A program made the translations under genes and the position numbers. A DNA stretch of 64,000 nucleotides from Candidatus Pacearchaeota archaeon CG_4_10_14_0_2_um_filter_35_33. Its GTDB lineage: Archaea > Nanobdellota > Nanobdellia > Pacearchaeales > GW2011-AR1. The notes under the pieces were generated by a model. It saw only the letters and a list, made by a program, of their open reading frames with translations. It did no database searches and was not told the origin of the DNA. The stretch is from positions 2,563 to 66,562 of the forward strand of contig PFOR01000027.1 of NCBI GenBank assembly GCA_002792635.1. Reading direction: 5' to 3'. The stretch's first letter is position 1, and every line of letters starts with the position of its first letter. Below, piece after piece: positions 9,304 through 17,727 of this stretch.

Positions 9304-10200
9304 ATGTTCAAGATAACAAAAGCACACTGGATAGGCGTAATTTTTGGATTAGTTGTAATTGGGATAGATTTGATATTTTTCTGGGGTGAAAGTTTGTTCT
9401 TGTTTTTGTTTGGGATAGGAGTTGCTGTTTTGTTTATGCCCTTCCTGATTAATATAATTATTGAAAGTAGCAAGGAAAAGGAAAAAAATGAGATGTTCTT
9501 GGAATTTTCAAGAAACTTGGCTGAGAGTGTTAAGACCGGAACTCCGATTAGCTCAAGTATAATTAATATGGGTGGTAAGAACTATGGTAGTTTGACCCCT
9601 CACGTGAGCAAGCTAGCAAATCAAATATCTTTAGGTATTCCTCTTAGAAAAGCTTTTGCGACTTTTGGAATTGAAGTTAAAAGTGATACAATAAGGAGGG
9701 CTGTTGGTTCTATAAGGGAGGCAGAAGCGGCCGGAGGAGAGATAGATAGAATACTTGATTCGGTTGCAAATTCAATTAACCAAATTGAGAAACTTAAGAA
9801 GGAAAGAAGATCTGCAATATACAGCCTTGTTGTTCAGGGATATATAATTTTCCTTATTTTTGTAGGAATAATGCTTGTTATGGAATTTAAGATACTTCCA
9901 TTAACCTCGGGTATTGGAAACCTTGAAGGAATAAGCAGTTTTGGAGGAATAGGTGGAACGGGTGGGGCCACTCCTGAACAACTATCCAAGCCTTTTCTTT
10001 ATCTCTTGCTTATCCAAGGCATCTTTGCAGGCTTTACAATCGGGAAATTATCCGAGGGGAATATACTTTCCGGGATTAAGCATTCTTTTGTATTGACTCT
10101 TCTCGCCTTTTTGATTTCCACAGGAGCACGATTATTTGTGACTCCGGAGCCAATTTCAATCATTCTTGGAACAGTAAAAAATCTCGTTCTGGGAGTGTAG
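9304..10200 (+). CDS. FlaJ/TadB/TadC-like membrane protein (T2SS-F domain), second of a split pair
   Basis: FSRNLAESVKTGTPISSSI...LGIPLRKAF is typical of the T2SS-F domain and is flanked by TM helices. The start lies 1 nt after the previous stop. Confidence 0.8.
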   Translation: MFKITKAHWIGVIFGLVVIGIDLIFFWGESLFLFLFGIGVAVLFMPFLINIIIESSKEKEKNEMFLEFSRNLAESVKTGTPISSSIINMGGKNYGSLTPHVSKLANQISLGIPLRKAFATFGIEVKSDTIRRAVGSIREAEAAGGEIDRILDSVANSINQIEKLKKERRSAIYSLVVQGYIIFLIFVGIMLVMEFKILPLTSGIGNLEGISSFGGIGGTGGATPEQLSKPFLYLLLIQGIFAGFTIGKLSEGNILSGIKHSFVLTLLAFLISTGARLFVTPEPISIILGTVKNLVLGV

Positions 10201-10890
10201 CATTTCATAAGTTATGTTTATGTCCTTTAGTATTTTTTCAAACCAAAATCTTCTTGGCTTATCCATTGGTCTTCCAGACAAAGTTATTATAGGAAAACTC
10301 GCTATTAACTTCTTACATTTTATCGAAGATAGAAAGGTTTTTACATCCTTATGGGGCATCTTTACTATATCAAAAACCTTTAGGATTAAACAAATGTCTG
10401 CTTCTGGCAATTGCGGAAGTGTTCTTATATCTGATAAGATTAACTTGTAATCTATTTTATTTTTTTCAAAGAATATTTTTAAAATTTTAAGATTGTTTTC
10501 ATCCACATCTTGAGCATAATATTTCGCGCCTGTTTTTGCCAAGACAATTGGATTGAGACCACAACCTATATCCAAGATAGATTTGGGATTATTTTGAAAT
10601 ATTTCTTTTTTTAAATCTGGATAAAAAGAAACCCTTTCATTGGTGGATTTATGATTTTGTACTATTTTGTCAAACTCTCCTTTTTCTGCCAATTTTAATA
10701 ATTTTGATGAGCTCTTGAATCTTCCCACTAATTTTCTTAGTTCTGCCCTAACTTCTTTTATTACAATTTTTTCATCTTTTTTTGATTTTGGTTTTATCTT
10801 TTCCAGCACTTTTTTTAGGGAATCTTGAACGACTGAATCCGAAATTCCCGAGAGTTCTTTTTTCTCTTTGATTTTTCTTACATAATTCAT
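10156..10890 (-). CDS. FmrO-family (ArmA/Rmt-like) 16S rRNA methyltransferase homolog
   Basis: Collinear motif matches to ArmA as recalled: HKSTNERV (ArmA HSSTNERV), ILDIGCGLNP (ILDFGCGFNP), YAQDVD (YHAYDID), SFPIITLSG (SFPIKSLSG), NEIFY (NELVY). The length of 244 aa is similar. Confidence 0.7.
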   Translation of the reverse strand: MNYVRKIKEKKELSGISDSVVQDSLKKVLEKIKPKSKKDEKIVIKEVRAELRKLVGRFKSSSKLLKLAEKGEFDKIVQNHKSTNERVSFYPDLKKEIFQNNPKSILDIGCGLNPIVLAKTGAKYYAQDVDENNLKILKIFFEKNKIDYKLILSDIRTLPQLPEADICLILKVFDIVKMPHKDVKTFLSSIKCKKLIASFPIITLSGRPMDKPRRFWFEKILKDINITYEMLHSQNEIFYCSKND

Positions 10891-10911
10891 TTAATAAAGA
10901 GCTGAGAAAGT

Positions 10912-10919
10912 TATTTAAA
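10912..10919. promoter_or_regulatory. Single TATA box (TATTTAAA / TTTAAATA) shared by divergent genes 10890(-) and 10941(+)
   Basis: The 50-nt spacer has 21 nt on each side of the octamer, so the octamer starts 29 nt upstream of each ATG. Confidence 0.65.
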
Positions 10920-10940
10920 TCTGTTTAGATACCTGAGAAC

Positions 10941-11639
10941 ATGAGGGGAAAGAGAGGTCTGCAGCATGTTGAATTTATAGTTTCTTTTGTGGTATTTGTT
11001 AGTTTTCTTGCACTTGCCTTCTATTTTTTTAGCCCTGTTCGGGGGGACAGGATAGTGGATTCAACTCTTTTTTACACTTTTGATGAAATAACTGATAATG
11101 CTACAGTAAGACTGGCTACATATTCATTAAACATGGATAAAAATCTCCAGGAAAATGTTGTAGGTATTCCATTTCCTGAGGAGGCAGGCTTGGGTGTCAG
11201 GGCAGAAAATCAAGATGGAATAGTTAGGGGAAGCGGGTTTGATGAGTCTAATGTTTATATTAACAGAGGGGGGGATTCCTTTTTCTTTTTGTTTTTTTCT
11301 GAAGAATACCCTGATTCAGGAGTTAGAGGAAATATCTTAAGTTCTGATAATTATACTGTTTCATCTTCGGAAGAAAGATATGTTTATAGTGAAAATAAGA
11401 TTCTATATCTAAAGGGTATTTATGACAGCGACTCTGGATATGAAAAACTGAAAAAAGAGTTTAATCTCCCTGTTAGGAGTAGTTTTGGTTTTGTTGTTGA
11501 GTTTGATGACGGGACAAAGATTTCTGCAGAAAAGAATATACCTGAAGGATTAGAGGTATTTAGCGAAGATAAAAGAATAGAAATTTTAAAGAAAAATGGA
11601 AAAATAGAGTTCGCTAATCTGAGGGTGATAATATGGTGA
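10941..11639 (+). CDS. Class III signal peptide (pilin-like) protein
   Basis: MRGKRG|LQHVEFIVSFVVFVSFLALAF. Confidence 0.55.
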   Translation: MRGKRGLQHVEFIVSFVVFVSFLALAFYFFSPVRGDRIVDSTLFYTFDEITDNATVRLATYSLNMDKNLQENVVGIPFPEEAGLGVRAENQDGIVRGSGFDESNVYINRGGDSFFFLFFSEEYPDSGVRGNILSSDNYTVSSSEERYVYSENKILYLKGIYDSDSGYEKLKKEFNLPVRSSFGFVVEFDDGTKISAEKNIPEGLEVFSEDKRIEILKKNGKIEFANLRVIIW

Positions 11640-12079
11640 ACAAAAGAGGCATTATCAGGATATTGGAAGCGACTATTGCATTAGTTATAATAATAAGTTT
11701 TCTTTTTTTAACTCAGGCTAGGACAAGAGATGTTTCTCAACCAGATTTTAGTGAAAGGGCACAAGATGTATTGGAAGAAATATCTAGGCAATCTAGTTTG
11801 AGGGATGAAGTTTCTTCGGTTTCTCTTCTTCCGACAGGAAGAGCGACAATAGAAAGTGGAGTGCTGTATGATTTTGTTGATTCGAGAATTCCTGAAAGTT
11901 ATCTCAAATTCCAATTTAGAATTTGTGAGCAGATAGATAAAATTTGTTCATCTGATAGATTTATCGAAGGAGATGTTTATGCTGCTGAAAGAGTTATAGT
12001 GCCTTCAGTCGATTATAATAATGTGGGGGGATTGGAACCACGAAAGATTGCGTTGTTCATATATAGAAATGAAGTATGA
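11633..12079 (+). CDS. Class III signal peptide (pilin-like) protein
   Basis: MVNKRG|IIRILEATIALVIIISFLFL. It overlaps the previous gene by 7 nt. Confidence 0.55.
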   Translation: MVNKRGIIRILEATIALVIIISFLFLTQARTRDVSQPDFSERAQDVLEEISRQSSLRDEVSSVSLLPTGRATIESGVLYDFVDSRIPESYLKFQFRICEQIDKICSSDRFIEGDVYAAERVIVPSVDYNNVGGLEPRKIALFIYRNEV

Positions 12080-12473
12080 GTTTTTAGAGCACACGGCAGA
12101 TGTGAAATTTAGAGTTTATGGAAAGACATTTGGAAAGATTTTTGAGCATACTGCTTTAGCTGTTTCCGAAATACTATCTGGAGGAAATAAGGTTGATCCA
12201 ATTTCTGTCAAAGAAGTTGAGATTGAGGGGAGTGATAAAGAAAGATTATTATGCGATTTTATAGATGAATTGATTTATTATTTAGATGCCGAGGATTTTT
12301 TAGTGTCAAAGGCTAAAGTAAAAGTTAAAGGGAATAAGTTGAAAGCGAAAATTTTTGGTGATGATGCTCTCGCTTATCCAGGTTTGGACCATATTAAGGC
12401 GGCAACTTATGCAGAGATGTATGTCAAAAAGAAGAAGGATGGCTGGGAGGCTCAAGTGGTTGTGGATGTTTGA
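12069..12473 (+). CDS. Archease (RtcB activator)
   Basis: MKYEFLEHTADVKFRVYG carries the archease signature EHTAD. The protein is about 135 aa. The ORF-track start at 12021 is an upstream TTG. Confidence 0.85.
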   Translation: MKYEFLEHTADVKFRVYGKTFGKIFEHTALAVSEILSGGNKVDPISVKEVEIEGSDKERLLCDFIDELIYYLDAEDFLVSKAKVKVKGNKLKAKIFGDDALAYPGLDHIKAATYAEMYVKKKKDGWEAQVVVDV

Positions 12474-12485
12474 TAATCCTTTATT

Positions 12486-13097
12486 TTAGGCCACAAATAT
12501 CCTCCTGTAATCTTCTGATATTTTGGGGATTAAAATAAAATTGTTTTCTGAAATTTCCATCTCGCAACTTCCAAATGTTTTAAAAGAGATTTGATAAATT
12601 ATTTTTTTGTTTTCTGTATCCTCAAATACATTCTTTTCGATTTCGTGACTGCACCCGCCACCAGAAACGGCTTTACCAAGAAGAGTGTATTTTAAGAAAT
12701 CTATTTCTGGATAGTTATAATCATTACAACCAATATCAAAAAGTTCTTGTGTTTTATTCCATTAAAGTGTGGGGTTTGTTTGAACCTTTGGATGCTCAAG
12801 GTTGCATTCGTCCATGCACTATAAAGTACATGGTTTTCTGCATCGGCAACCTTGACATAAAGATTGGGTGATTTGAATGGACCGGTGTCGATAGCTTGTT
12901 GATATTCTTCTTGATTCCTAATTACCCCCTCTTTTTTTTGAAAAAAACCCATACATTTCAAATCTAAATCTTGGCACTCTATTTTTTAATTCACCGATTG
13001 GCAAATCTATTGTTTGATAAAGCATAACTAGAAGAATTATGATAACTATGATAAGAGTTACAATCCAATATGATTTAGAGAACCTACTTTTCTTTAT
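12486..13097 (-). pseudogene. Disrupted gene for a signal-anchored secreted protein (ATA at the start position plus two frameshifts)
   Basis: Three consecutive frames read as one protein: (ATA)KKSRFSKSYWIVTLIIVIIILLV... / ...EEYQQAIDTGPFKSPNLYVKVADAENH... / ...ELFDIGCNDYNYPEIDFLKYTLLGKAVSGGGCSHEI...RRIFVA*. The frame changes lie near the T8/A7 run at 12931-12947 and the A4 run near 12750. Confidence 0.5.
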
Positions 13098-13147
13098 GTT
13101 CTCTAGTAGGCGATTAGTTTAATAAAGCTAGCTAATTAATTAATTAC

Positions 13148-14551
13148 ATGAAGAAGAAATCAGAGAACGTATATGAAATTCCTGAAACAGGCAAGATGAA
13201 AGTGCCGGGGATAGTTTATGCTTCTGAAAAATTGGTAAAAAATATTGAGAAAGACAAAACTCTTGAACAAGTGAGGAATGTTGCTAAACTCCCGGGAATA
13301 TTAAAAGCTAGTTACGCAATGCCTGATGCACATCAAGGATATGGATTTCCAATTGGAGGGGTTGCAGCTTTTTCATTGGATAAAGGAATTGTCAGTCCTG
13401 GGGGAGTTGGATATGATATTAATTGTGGTGTTAGGCTATTAAAGACTGGATTGAGTAAGAAAGATTTTTTAAAACAGAGAGAAAAAGTGACGCATGATGT
13501 AATGATAGGAATACCTTCGGGAGTTGGAAGGAAAGGAAAATTTAGTTTTACTGAGAAAGAAATTAAAGAAATTATGGAACAGGGTGTTAGATGGATGGTT
13601 GGAAAGTATGCGGAGAAAAAAGACTTAGAAAGAATTGAGGACTCTGGATGTATAAAAGGCGCTGACTCCAGTAAAGTATCTGGAAAGGCAATTGGAAGAG
13701 GAAGAAATCAGCTTGGCACATTAGGGGCTGGAAATCATTTCATTGAAATTCAAGTTGTTGATGAGATATTTGATAAAAAAACTGCGGGAGCATTCGGTTT
13801 GAAATTGGGGGAGGTGGTAATAATGATTCATTCTGGAAGCAGGGGATTAGGACATCAAGTTGCTTCTGATTATATTAAAAAGATGGAATCCGAATATGGA
13901 TTCAAACATCTGCCAGATAGAGAATTGGCAGCCGCACCTTTAAAATCCAAATTGGCGAAGGATTATTTGAGTGCGATGAGGGCAGCCGCTAATTTCGCAT
14001 TCTGCAATAGACAATTTATGACTTATAAATTAAGAGATATTTTCAAAAAGCATTTTGGAAAAAAGATAGAGATTGTTTATGACATTGCACATAACATTGT
14101 AAAGTTTGAAAAGTATAAAATAGATGGGAAGATGAAGGAAGTATGTGTGCATAGGAAAGGCGCTACAAGGAGTTTTGGGCCTGGAAGAAAGGAACTAGGA
14201 AGTAAATATAAGAAAACAGGGTGCCCTGTTTTAATTCCCGGTAGTATGGGTACATTTTCTTATGTTCTTGTTGGGACTAAAAAGGCGGAAGAATTATCTT
14301 GGGGAAGTACTGCCCATGGTGCTGGAAGATTGATGAGCAGGAAAAAGGCAATGCAGGAATTGACTAGGAAAGAAGTGGAATCTAAATTGAAAAAGCATGA
14401 CGTTTATATCGAAGCAGGAAGCAATAAGGGTGTTGTGGAAGAAGCTCCCGAGGCATATAAAGACATTAACGAAGTAGTTAGAGTGAGTAGTGAAATTGGC
14501 TTAGGAAAAATGGTAGCTAAGTTAAAGCCTCTAGCAGTCGTGAAGGGTTAA
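13148..14551 (+). CDS. rtcB: RNA-splicing ligase RtcB
   Basis: GGVGYDINCGVRLL, GAGNHFIEIQ, HSGSRGLGHQ, PGSMGT, STAHGAGR. Confidence 0.95.
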   Translation: MKKKSENVYEIPETGKMKVPGIVYASEKLVKNIEKDKTLEQVRNVAKLPGILKASYAMPDAHQGYGFPIGGVAAFSLDKGIVSPGGVGYDINCGVRLLKTGLSKKDFLKQREKVTHDVMIGIPSGVGRKGKFSFTEKEIKEIMEQGVRWMVGKYAEKKDLERIEDSGCIKGADSSKVSGKAIGRGRNQLGTLGAGNHFIEIQVVDEIFDKKTAGAFGLKLGEVVIMIHSGSRGLGHQVASDYIKKMESEYGFKHLPDRELAAAPLKSKLAKDYLSAMRAAANFAFCNRQFMTYKLRDIFKKHFGKKIEIVYDIAHNIVKFEKYKIDGKMKEVCVHRKGATRSFGPGRKELGSKYKKTGCPVLIPGSMGTFSYVLVGTKKAEELSWGSTAHGAGRLMSRKKAMQELTRKEVESKLKKHDVYIEAGSNKGVVEEAPEAYKDINEVVRVSSEIGLGKMVAKLKPLAVVKG

Positions 14552-14585
14552 TAATCTTTATAAAGTTCTATTTGCTGTTACCAAG

Positions 14586-17500
14586 ATGGGAAAGAGGTGG
14601 ATGTTATTAGGAGTATTGTTTGTTGTTGTATTGGCAGTTAATGCTAGTGCAATTAATGTCTGTACTGCTGAGGAATTGGATGCTGTAAGGAATAATTTGA
14701 CTGCAGATTATGTTCAGGTTTGTGATATTGATTTAGAAGTTTTTGGAGAATGGACACCTATCGGTGGAGATAATAACGAATTTACTGGAACATATGATGG
14801 TAATGGTCATAAAATAAGTGGATTAGTGCACAATAGCGCAAATAGCGTTTCGGTTGGGCTTTTTGGTGGATTAGGGTCTACTGCGATTGTTTCTAATGTT
14901 AGATTGGAAAGTGCAAGCATTATTGTTTCTGGCACTTTTTCTAAATGGACTGGTGGAATTGCAGGATATAGTGATGGAACAATAAGAGATTCCTCTGTTA
15001 GTGGAGTTGTCGTAGGTTATCATGGTGTTGGAGGACTTGTTGGATATCTTGGAAGGAATGGAATTATAGAAAGATCTTTCTCAACTGCAAATGTTGAGGG
15101 AGGAGATGTAACTGGAGGTCTAGTAGGACTTACTCATATTGCTGGTAATCCTCAAGTAATTGACTCATATTCTAATGGTAGTGTTACCTCTTCTGTTAAT
15201 CGGGCTGGAGGTTTGATTGGAGATATATCGAATGCAACAGTTACAAATTCTTATTCTTCTGGATTTGTTAGTTCCCCTCATTGGGCTGGGGGTTTGATTG
15301 GAGGAGTTGGAGGGGGTTTAATAACAAGTTCTTACTGGGATAAAGAGAGTGGTGGTCAAACTACCAGTGCTGGAGGAGTTGGAAAAACAACAGCCCAGAT
15401 GAAACAACAATCAACATTCCAGAACTGGGACTTTGCAAATGTGTGGAATATTGTTAATGAGGAGACATATCCTTGGTTGAAATGGGAGGGGGCTCAGGAC
15501 TTTGCATGTTCTTCACAAGATCAGAAGATTTTAGGAATATCTGCTGTTACCAATGCACATGGGGAGATAGCTAATCAAAATAATTATTTGATTGATATTT
15601 GTTACGATGATATCTTTGGTGTTAAATACTCTGGAGCAACAAGAGACTGTACAATAGAAGGAAAGGTATTAAGACTATCGGGAGATACAAATGCGCATGG
15701 GGAGATAATAGAAGAAAGCACCGGCAGTTATAGTGATGTTTGTTACGGAGATTTGGATTGTAATTCTATTTCCTTGACGGAACAATGTGATATAGCCAAT
15801 GGTCAGAGAGAGGTTATATCTTTGTCTGGAAACACAAATGCTCATATGGAAACTGCGGATGCGGATGGGTTCCAGAGTGGATATAAGGTTTGTTGTTATT
15901 CCGGACAATCGGGAGGTGGGCCTGGAGAGATTACTTATGTTGAATGGCAGGATGCATTTGGAAGTAAAATAACAGAGACAAATAAAGGAAGAACTGTTAC
16001 TGTTTATGCTGAGACAACTGCAGAGGATGGAACTATAATAGAATTTGATGTTTGGGATGATGACGGCATATTTGGAAGGGATATTATTTTTGGAAAGGAT
16101 GGATTTGGAGGTTCACTTGTTGGGAGCATAGAAAATGGGCTTGCAAGTTCCTCATTTAAAATAACTAATGAAATTGTAGATTCTGCTGGTGGTGAAATTG
16201 ATTGTAAGGATGGATTGGAATTTTATTTTGAGGCTAGAATACCTGATTCTTCGATGGAAAGTGGATTGTTGACTGTTTCATGTGAAGAAGGCGATAATGA
16301 ACCTCCTCGTGCTAATATTACTTCTCCAACTCATAGAGGAATATACTTTACCAACGTCCCTATTTTATTCAACCAGAGTAGTTTTGACCCTGAAAACAAC
16401 ATTATCAATTTCTTATGGGTAGTTGAAAAGAATGGAGAGCTTTTCTTTGAAGATACTAGAGAATCATTCTATTATAGTTTTGACCAGAATGATGCAGACC
16501 AATATACTATAACATTGAGAGTCGAGGATGAATATGGATTATATGATGAAGACCAGGTTTCAATAATTGTTACAGCGAGTCCTGGGATGATGGCTTATAT
16601 CAATGAGCCATTCCACCAAGCGGTGTTAAGAGATTTAGATTTGAAATTTAGGTTTAATGCTAGTGATAGTTATGTGATTAATACTGTGCAAGGAAATTTC
16701 TCAAACAATTGTGACTATTATATAGAATGTACTGGGGGTAATTGTCCTCCTAAGACAGAAAACTCGCCTAATGGATGTAATAAAGACAAGCTTGATGTTA
16801 GTCCACCACTTGATGTAGGATTTAACGATGGAAATTTGTTATTCAGTTGGAGATTTTATGATGAAGTTCTGGATAACCCTATTATGGAAATTGATAGGGT
16901 GACTGGAATAACAGCATTTGGGGTTTCTTCCCATAACTTTAACGATAAGAATATAGGGTTGAATCTTAAATTTGATAATGGAACTGGAGATTTAGTTATT
17001 GATAAGAATACAAATAGAGAATTTACTCTTGTAGACGGAAGACAGTGTATTGAGGGAGGTAGGACTTGGCTTGAGTTGGATGAGAATGGATTTGTTATTG
17101 GAGAGTATGATACATTAAACAATCCTGATGCTTGTAAGGGTGTTGATGGCACTGCTGGAACTGGTGATGATTGTTGTCCGGCTCTTATGAAATGTGTTGA
17201 TGGAGAAGGCTGTGTTTCTGATGAAGGAAGTGATATAACTTCTTGCGGGGATTATGAGACATCTGGACAATGTTTTACAGATGAATACGGAATAGGGAGA
17301 CTTCCTGAGCCTGTTGATCCGATGTGGGATACTTTGAATTGTGGAGGTTTGGATGAAAATGGCAGAATCGTGCAATGCGAATGTGATTGGGATACTGATG
17401 ATGATGAATGCGGATTGAAGGCGAGTTATAGAGATTCAGGAGGAGGAAATAATGCCTGTGAAGAAAACACTTGTTTGGTGACTTATGAGGAAGGACAGTG

Positions 17501-17726
17501 TGATAATGGTTTCATGGAAATATATGTAAATGCTAAATGGGAAGGGGGAGAATGTGATAAGGGAGTTGGAGAAGATGAATGTAATGAGTTTGGTGGCACC
17601 CATATAGTGCCTTGCGGAAGACCCATAATTGAACTTCCATTCTTTGGAGGAGTTCAGTTTGCCATTGCATTGATAGTAATATTTATCATATATTATGTAT
17701 TTTTCAGGACTAAAAAGAGGAAATAG
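14586..17726 (+). CDS. Giant secreted, C-terminally anchored surface protein with GLUG-motif repeats, NAHxE repeats, a PKD-like domain and a Cys-rich region
   Basis: Signal peptide MGKRWMLLGVLFVVVLAVNASA. Six repeats of type GGL[IV]G...S[YF]S.G.V ending in WDF..VW...YPWLKW. C-terminal TM helix followed by RTKKRK. Confidence 0.8.
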   Translation: MGKRWMLLGVLFVVVLAVNASAINVCTAEELDAVRNNLTADYVQVCDIDLEVFGEWTPIGGDNNEFTGTYDGNGHKISGLVHNSANSVSVGLFGGLGSTAIVSNVRLESASIIVSGTFSKWTGGIAGYSDGTIRDSSVSGVVVGYHGVGGLVGYLGRNGIIERSFSTANVEGGDVTGGLVGLTHIAGNPQVIDSYSNGSVTSSVNRAGGLIGDISNATVTNSYSSGFVSSPHWAGGLIGGVGGGLITSSYWDKESGGQTTSAGGVGKTTAQMKQQSTFQNWDFANVWNIVNEETYPWLKWEGAQDFACSSQDQKILGISAVTNAHGEIANQNNYLIDICYDDIFGVKYSGATRDCTIEGKVLRLSGDTNAHGEIIEESTGSYSDVCYGDLDCNSISLTEQCDIANGQREVISLSGNTNAHMETADADGFQSGYKVCCYSGQSGGGPGEITYVEWQDAFGSKITETNKGRTVTVYAETTAEDGTIIEFDVWDDDGIFGRDIIFGKDGFGGSLVGSIENGLASSSFKITNEIVDSAGGEIDCKDGLEFYFEARIPDSSMESGLLTVSCEEGDNEPPRANITSPTHRGIYFTNVPILFNQSSFDPENNIINFLWVVEKNGELFFEDTRESFYYSFDQNDADQYTITLRVEDEYGLYDEDQVSIIVTASPGMMAYINEPFHQAVLRDLDLKFRFNASDSYVINTVQGNFSNNCDYYIECTGGNCPPKTENSPNGCNKDKLDVSPPLDVGFNDGNLLFSWRFYDEVLDNPIMEIDRVTGITAFGVSSHNFNDKNIGLNLKFDNGTGDLVIDKNTNREFTLVDGRQCIEGGRTWLELDENGFVIGEYDTLNNPDACKGVDGTAGTGDDCCPALMKCVDGEGCVSDEGSDITSCGDYETSGQCFTDEYGIGRLPEPVDPMWDTLNCGGLDENGRIVQCECDWDTDDDECGLKASYRDSGGGNNACEENTCLVTYEEGQCDNGFMEIYVNAKWEGGECDKGVGEDECNEFGGTHIVPCGRPIIELPFFGGVQFAIALIVIFIIYYVFFRTKKRK

Positions 17727-17727
17727 A

